Below, piece by piece: positions 58,555 to 64,000 of a stretch of DNA of 64,000 nucleotides. A program made the position numbers and the translations under genes. This stretch comes from a virus. Location: the IMG/VR virus record IMGVR_UViG_3300010371_000001, positions 38,274-102,273 of that record. One strand, 5' to 3'. Each line of letters starts with the position of its first letter. Position 1 is the stretch's first letter. Under the pieces are notes generated by a model, which was given only the letters and a program-made list of their open reading frames with translations, did no database searches and was not told where the DNA came from.

Positions 58555-59301
58555 CTAACGCAGATCGTCAAACAAGGCCCTGATGTCTGGCATGATCCGC
58601 TTCAGCTCTTGCACAAAGCCACTAAATGCGTTGTAGTCTTCCTGGGTGATGGCTGCCAGGAAGGTGAAGAAGCGCGGCTCCTCTTCACGGATTTCGCCTT
58701 CATCCGTGTACGTGGGTTCAATGACACCAATCTTGCCATCGTTCGCTGCCATCCACTTGCTCATGAATGCGCCAGCACGTGTTCGATACTCTTGCCAGCG
58801 AGCGTCAACCGTCCAGAGATGAACGCGCTGCGCTGCGGAAATGCGCCCTTCCAGCTGGCGTGTATGCTCCATATGGGTTTCGATTTCCGCAATGGCGGTG
58901 GCGACCTCGATCATCTGCTTGCGCGTTCCGAGAAACCGCTTCTCCATGCTGTGTTGCGCCTCGACCATCACCTCCATGCCCCATTTCTCAAATTGTTCCA
59001 ACGGTTCCACCCACTCAGTATGTTTGATGCGCTTATGCACGTTCCCCAGCCACATTGCTAGCGCGATAGGATAGGGGAATGCCCACTCGCGCCACGCATG
59101 GCCCCGTCGCTGAACGGTGAATGCACGCATTTGGTAGTGCAGCATGATGTGCTGCACAATCTGCATCTCATATGAGTGGTTGAGTCCTAGCAGGCGGCTG
59201 TAGAATATGGCCGGACTATAGTGATGCCCTTCCTCATCAAGATACATCGGCGCTTCGATGTTGAGGTGCGGCAGGATGATGCTCGTGCCATAGCCTTCCA
59301 T
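58555..59301 (-). CDS. Antirepressor-like protein (P22 AR N-terminal-like)
   Basis: N-terminal DEEGHHYSP..SRLLGLN..Q pattern; AAAGGAAG RBS. Confidence 0.5.
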   Translation of the reverse strand: MEGYGTSIILPHLNIEAPMYLDEEGHHYSPAIFYSRLLGLNHSYEMQIVQHIMLHYQMRAFTVQRRGHAWREWAFPYPIALAMWLGNVHKRIKHTEWVEPLEQFEKWGMEVMVEAQHSMEKRFLGTRKQMIEVATAIAEIETHMEHTRQLEGRISAAQRVHLWTVDARWQEYRTRAGAFMSKWMAANDGKIGVIEPTYTDEGEIREEEPRFFTFLAAITQEDYNAFSGFVQELKRIMPDIRALFDDLR

Positions 59302-59306
59302 CAGTT
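59254..59306. repeat. 53-bp imperfect direct repeat, copy 1
   Basis: 47/53 identical to 60720-60772. Confidence 0.8.
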
Positions 59307-59409
59307 ATGCTTCCTTTATGCTTTATGCGCATTCTATTCTATTTTTCCCCAGCCCAACGAAAGCCACATCACGGACATTCTTGATTGGGTTCAAGGGACA
59401 ATTCTATGA

Positions 59410-60177
59410 TTAGGCAGCAAATTCACTAATGGATTGATTGCGTTGACTCCATAAAATAGGCGTCAGTCCGTACTTTCTGAGGGCGTCAATCGCCTCAGGT
59501 GAAGTAGATTTATCCATATCATTAATCATGGTATAGGCTCGTGCATCGGATGGACGTGTCTCTCGAATATCAATCCAGGTAAACGCAATGGATTCAATCT
59601 TTTCTCGTCCCGAAGAGTTGGCGACTTGGACGATGCGCTCTGGAGCCTGGGGCGAATGGGGTATGACAAAGTTGAGGAGGTGATCGTACCCGGACTTTCC
59701 GGCAACCTTAATATTCGATATGTAGCGGATGCTCGACGCATCGAACCATGTTGATACATCTTCAAGGAAGATGCCAGCAACATTGTGGGATGCTATTGAA
59801 AACAAGTCGTTGACCGCAAGCATCGCTTGGACGAGGCTGTGTTTCTTCAAAGGGAAGTCTTGCTTCGTTGCATAGACTACAAGAGCATCGCCATCACGTT
59901 GCACGCCAAATCCATTAAGGATTGCTTGCAGCATAGCCTGCCGCCGTGGGGTTTGTAAATCGCATCCAGATCGGAGCAGATCGTGGATAATATACGCATC
60001 ATCTGTCAGGACGAATCCTGAGTCATTGGTCCCTACATAGATCTGTAGATAATCATTATGGCGATCAAGAAACGGCGTATTGATTTCAATCCACTGATGA
60101 TCAATCTGGCGCAAGGTCTCTTTGCTCTTGAGCCAAATCCAATAGTGATCGATCAGGCTTTGCACATTATTTATCAT
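59410..60177 (-). CDS. DUF1828/DUF1829-like protein
   Basis: EINTPFLDRHNDYLQIY..LTDD..GKSGYDH..FVIP..W.DI. Confidence 0.8.
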   Translation of the reverse strand: MINNVQSLIDHYWIWLKSKETLRQIDHQWIEINTPFLDRHNDYLQIYVGTNDSGFVLTDDAYIIHDLLRSGCDLQTPRRQAMLQAILNGFGVQRDGDALVVYATKQDFPLKKHSLVQAMLAVNDLFSIASHNVAGIFLEDVSTWFDASSIRYISNIKVAGKSGYDHLLNFVIPHSPQAPERIVQVANSSGREKIESIAFTWIDIRETRPSDARAYTMINDMDKSTSPEAIDALRKYGLTPILWSQRNQSISEFAA

Positions 60178-60623
60178 GCAAACAGCCCCCTCTCTATCCT
60201 TGGCTTTTGCGTAATATTACAAAACTGCATGAAGTCATGCAATGTTTGCCACATATCGCTGATATGTGGGAATTCGCTAATATCTATCGGTTTTGCCCAC
60301 TTGTCTCCATATCCTTCTCGATATAGGTGTAAATGTGGGCATGGTACCTCTTCACCATCTGGATTTCTATGTGGTGGGCCTTCAATATCCAATCGAACTA
60401 GGACAATTATACCACGCCCACGCATTTGATGTGTAATCTTTTGAAGGTTAATGTTGCCACGGTGCATGTCGAGTATGAACTTCTCTCGCTTATTCGCTGA
60501 TGCCAACGGGATTGTCAGTTGTTCACCTCTCATTGGCATACCATACTTAGTGTTGTCTATACAATGCTTTTCGACATGAATCAATGTGTCCGCCTCAGTC
60601 TGAGTTAAATCGACACCTGACAT
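60174..60623 (-). CDS. DUF6978-like partner protein
   Basis: LVRLDI.GPPHRNPDG..PHLHLYREGYGDKWA; ATGA-coupled to the DUF1828 gene. Confidence 0.75.
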   Translation of the reverse strand: MSGVDLTQTEADTLIHVEKHCIDNTKYGMPMRGEQLTIPLASANKREKFILDMHRGNINLQKITHQMRGRGIIVLVRLDIEGPPHRNPDGEEVPCPHLHLYREGYGDKWAKPIDISEFPHISDMWQTLHDFMQFCNITQKPRIERGLFA

Positions 60624-60707
60624 GAACTGCCTCCTATCGCTCGATCTTTCTCTATACAGCCCAGGCGTTTTTCGTAGCATGAAGATACCACACATCTATT
60701 TGCTTGT

Positions 60708-60767
60708 CTAGTTATCGGATTCGATGTTGAGGAACGGTAGGATGATGCCAGTGCCATAGCCTTCCAT
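60708..60767 (-). pseudogene. Truncated duplicate of the 5' end of ORF 58555..59301 (repeat copy 2)
   Basis: MEGYGTGIILPFLNIESDN-stop versus MEGYGTSIILPHLNIE. Confidence 0.65.
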
Positions 60768-60903
60768 CGGTTGCGCCCCCTTCTCGTAGTTACCATTCAC
60801 CCCATTGATACACAAACGCCCGGAAGAATTCAAGCAGAAAAGACACGAATGTTTCTACCTATCATGCGACACAGGAAATATTTCATGACCATATTAGTAT
60901 TCC

Positions 60904-60932
60904 TTGACACAGAACATATTCCGTGTTATACT
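60904..60932 (+). promoter_or_regulatory. Early rightward promoter TTGACA-17-TATACT with operator in the spacer
   Basis: Consensus promoter; ACAGAACATATTCCGT overlaps it. Confidence 0.8.
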
Positions 60933-60962
60933 CAGGTCAGAGAACGAAAGGATGGTGACGAC

Positions 60963-61163
60963 ATGAACGGCAAGCAGATTCGCCGCGCGCGTCGCGCTCT
61001 CGATCTCACGCAAGGGCAACTTGCTCAGATGGCGAACGTCTCACAAGCGGTCGTTTCGATTCTGGAGAATGAGCAGCGCCTTGAAAAGTACCGCGCTCAG
61101 CTAGCAGCAGCTTTGGAGCGCGCACAGGCGGAAGATCGGCAACCACAACCACAAGCAGCATAA
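60963..61163 (+). CDS. Cro-like HTH protein
   Basis: IRRARRALDLTQGQLAQMANVSQAVVSILE. Confidence 0.85.
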   Translation: MNGKQIRRARRALDLTQGQLAQMANVSQAVVSILENEQRLEKYRAQLAAALERAQAEDRQPQPQAA

Positions 61164-61219
61164 GAAAAACGCCGCCCGGTGTATCAGACCGAACGGCGAG
61201 AAACGAGAGGGAAAACAAC

Positions 61220-61750
61220 ATGAACCTCGTCAGCAGCAATTCTACCACAACGAGCGCACCAGGCGCAACCACAGCATCCAACCTTCCTGGTCGCTTTTCC
61301 CCAGCAGGCGCGGTTGTCTACGCGCCTGCTGCATCGGGAGCGGTGTGCGAAGACGCCGTCGCCCACACCCATGCACCAGCGCGTGCGGGGGGCTACCCCA
61401 TCGAGAGCGCCATCCGCACCGTGCATGGCGTCAGCATCATCAAGACGAAATGGTGCGAGGACGGCTGGCTGCACCGCGTCCCATCTCACAGCCACCCAGG
61501 CCAGCACCACTACGTTGCCGACAGCGAATGCACGTGCTGGGGCTTCATTCGCCATCACCATTGCTACCACGTTGATGCGGTGACGGGCATCGAAGCGCAA
61601 TTGCATAGCGACTGCTGGTACGCGCTGCGCTACATGCGCCCGTCGCAGTCCATCGAGGATTACTGCTACGGCCTGGCGCTGCTGGCTCGCATGGGCCTGA
61701 GCGAAGACACCGCGCGGGCGGTCATCAATGCAGAAACGGCGGTGGCGTAG
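61220..61750 (+). CDS. SWIM Zn-finger protein
   Basis: HYV..CTCWGF..CYHV. Confidence 0.7.
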   Translation: MNLVSSNSTTTSAPGATTASNLPGRFSPAGAVVYAPAASGAVCEDAVAHTHAPARAGGYPIESAIRTVHGVSIIKTKWCEDGWLHRVPSHSHPGQHHYVADSECTCWGFIRHHHCYHVDAVTGIEAQLHSDCWYALRYMRPSQSIEDYCYGLALLARMGLSEDTARAVINAETAVA

Positions 61751-61960
61751 ATGAACAACTGGACGTTTGACGAACTGGACCGCATCATTGATGGCTTGCG
61801 CTTCATGGCGAAATATGAGGCAAAGGATAATCAAGCGAAGGAAGGCTTGATGTACTGGGCAAGCAGGGCTGCGGCAATCAAGCAAAGCCTTGAATGGGAA
61901 TGCGCCCATCAGCCAGAGGCAACGCCAACTATGACTGCACAGAAGGGGATGGTGGCGTAG
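61751..61960 (+). CDS. Hypothetical protein
   Basis: TAG-ATG abutting on both sides. Confidence 0.55.
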   Translation: MNNWTFDELDRIIDGLRFMAKYEAKDNQAKEGLMYWASRAAAIKQSLEWECAHQPEATPTMTAQKGMVA

Positions 61961-62770
61961 ATGGCAGAAACAGCACTCACCACAACAACGGGCGGCGCGG
62001 TCGCCACGGCGGGGCAGTGGGACAGCCGCCAGATCGACATCATCAAGCGCACCATCGCCCCTGGCATTTCAGACGACGAACTCTATCTCTTTGGCATGGT
62101 CTGTCGCCGCACGGGGCTTGACCCATTTTTCAAACAGATCTATGCCATCAAGCGTTCGGGCAAGATGACGATTCAGACAGGCATTGATGGCTATCGGCTG
62201 CTAGCTGATCGCACTCACTGCTATGCAGGTAGTGATGTGCCGGAATACGACACCGAAGACGCGAAAAATCCGACATGGGCCAAAGTCACCGTATGGAAAA
62301 TCGTGCAAGGACAGCGTGTCGCCTTTACCGCAAAGGCGCGCTGGGATGAATATGCATTGCCCACCTATGATATGTGGAAGAAAATGCCATACCTCATGCT
62401 TGCAAAATGCGCCGAAGCACTGGCCTTGCGCAAGGCATTTCCTGCTGAACTCTCAGGCGTGTACACCACAGAGGAAATGCAGCAGGCGGATAATGACCAA
62501 CATGGTTATGTGGAGGCGGTAGTTACGTCTGTTGAGACATCGCCATCCCCGGCCATGCCCGCACAGCAGCCCCGCGCCGCCGCTGGCAACGCACAGACGG
62601 GCGCAGATGCACTGGCGACAGAACGGCAGATTAGCAGCATTCGCAAGCTCTGCGCATCGCTAGGGCGCACTGAGCCGGATGTGAAGACGCTGACGTTTGC
62701 CGATGCCAGCACGATGATCACCGGACTGAGCGCGGCATACGCAGAAGCGCGTCAGGGGGTGGCTAAATGA
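61961..62770 (+). CDS. bet: Phage single-strand annealing recombinase Bet (RecT family)
   Basis: GLDPF.KQIY..IQTGIDGYR..W.KMP..ML.KCAEA.ALRKAFP..SGVYT.EEM. Confidence 0.9.
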   Translation: MAETALTTTTGGAVATAGQWDSRQIDIIKRTIAPGISDDELYLFGMVCRRTGLDPFFKQIYAIKRSGKMTIQTGIDGYRLLADRTHCYAGSDVPEYDTEDAKNPTWAKVTVWKIVQGQRVAFTAKARWDEYALPTYDMWKKMPYLMLAKCAEALALRKAFPAELSGVYTTEEMQQADNDQHGYVEAVVTSVETSPSPAMPAQQPRAAAGNAQTGADALATERQISSIRKLCASLGRTEPDVKTLTFADASTMITGLSAAYAEARQGVAK

Positions 62771-63944
62771 TCAATCTGGACATCGCCGCCTTCCGGGCGT
62801 GGCTGGAAGCGAAAGAGCCAACAAAGCGTGTTGGACTCGCTCGTGAGTGTTCTGTCTGCCCCCTTGCCATGTTTACGTTTCAACAAACGAGTATGGCACA
62901 GCAAACCGTGCGTGTCTATGACGGCTACGCAATTGTCGTGACACGCGAGGGTTGCCGCACGGAGCCGCTTCCAGAGTGGGCTAGCACGTTTGTCACGTTC
63001 GTGGATACATCAGGTGAGCATGATATCACCGCCGCCGCCGCGCTGGAGATCCTGGGGCGGGTGGAACGGCTGGGGGTGGCATGATGCAGACAACCTTCCC
63101 GCCCGCCAGCCCTGCCGATGCGCAGCGCCCGGCCACCGCCGCTGATATCGCCAGCAACGAGATGACGCGCCTGGCCTGGCTGGATTATCTGGACATGCTC
63201 CATTCGCGCATCGCCCGTCAATGCCGGACCCACCGTGTGGCCCGCATGGCACGTCAGGAAGCAGTGTCACACATCGTCATCCGCCCACCGCCTGGTGCGC
63301 CAAAGGCCACGCCCACGCCGCCATCGGGCTACGGATGGGAGTCACCCATCGGACCCAATGATCAGCGGCCCACGTTTGCTGAGGCATTGGCAGCACACAT
63401 GGCGCGTACCGGGATAAGCGAGCATCGCGTGGCCTTGCTTGCCAACGTGCCGCGTACCACCTCCAATATCGTGTGGCGCTGTGCCGCGATCCCAACTCAG
63501 GAAACACGCATGCGCCTGGCCGCGATGCTGGGCATGCAACCACAAGATATCCGCTGGCCGGTGCCGGTGAAGGAGGTCCGCTAATGCTTGACCTCATGTA
63601 CCTGCTCTTTAATCTTGACGCCGTGGTTGCCCTGGTCCGCAAAGTCGGCAAGCTCCTGGCACGGCACATCACATCACGACCGGAGGCGCATCATGTTTGA
63701 CTTTCTCAGTTTCATGCTACCTATCATCGCGACCGCTGCCATCTTCGGCGTGATCGGCGCTCTGGCGGTGTGGCTTAGCAATCGGCACGAGGCACGCCAG
63801 CAACGTGCCGATGCCCACGCCACGTCCATCTGCGGCCAGTGCTGGGTAGACGGCGATATCATCCCGCTGTGTGCTGCCGGAGCCACGCGCCACGCGGCAT
63901 GCACCCGCCACGCCACGACAACCTCACCGAAAGAGGTGGCGTGA
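62767..63944 (+). CDS. Coupled early genes (62767-63084; 63081-63584 with C-terminal HTH; small membrane ORF ending 63944)
   Basis: ATGA overlaps and GGAGG RBS motifs. Confidence 0.5.
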
Positions 63945-64000
63945 TGTCTGGATTGAATCGATTTTTCCGCTGGTTCCAGCCAGATAAACCGGAGCAGCCA

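Noticed and set aside
1-64000. CRISPR array, tRNA/rRNA genes, diversity-generating retroelement, terminase and portal
   Set aside because: I saw no regularly spaced repeats, tRNA cloverleafs or reverse transcriptase. Terminase and portal presumably lie upstream of the window.

Overview
The whole window reads as one temperate tailed-phage genome segment. I see no host housekeeping genes, att site, CRISPR array, tRNA or rRNA. The host is probably a Chloroflexota/Ktedonobacteria-type bacterium; this is inferred only from the style of its surface proteins and IS607 genes. Layout: 1-26 kb holds head and tail morphogenesis genes (prohead protease, major capsid, neck, tail tube, chaperones, tape measure, LamG tail proteins), interrupted by a modular 'polyvalent' protein and an antisense GIY-YIG endonuclease. 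28-32 kb is a lysis-like cassette and 32-34 kb a three-gene toxin-antitoxin-like moron. 34-44 kb is a long leftward early operon (CsrA, ParA/ParB, many small Zn-finger ORFs) preceded by about 730 bp of promoter-flanked, highly structured non-coding sequence. 45-46.5 kb holds HTH regulators. 46.5-60.9 kb is an accessory island (two DNA methyltransferases, Panacea-type TA, DUF1828-type pair) lying between the repressor and cro. 61-64 kb is a rightward early operon with Bet. The best candidate for a new system is a ~5.0-kb IS607-type element (51543-56570) in which tnpA and a catalytically intact tnpB are separated by ~3 kb of regulatory cargo. Removing it in silico at its GG core rebuilds promoter + AGGAGG + 8 nt + ATG of the downstream methyltransferase, and the TnpB guide would target that empty site. 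Other highlights are a C4-like antisense RNA in front of the homing endonuclease, a stand-alone ~260-nt structured RNA, two paralogous modular head proteins with shared signal motifs, and a probable +1 frameshift in the tail chaperone. All family assignments come from motif recognition by eye; no database searches were run.
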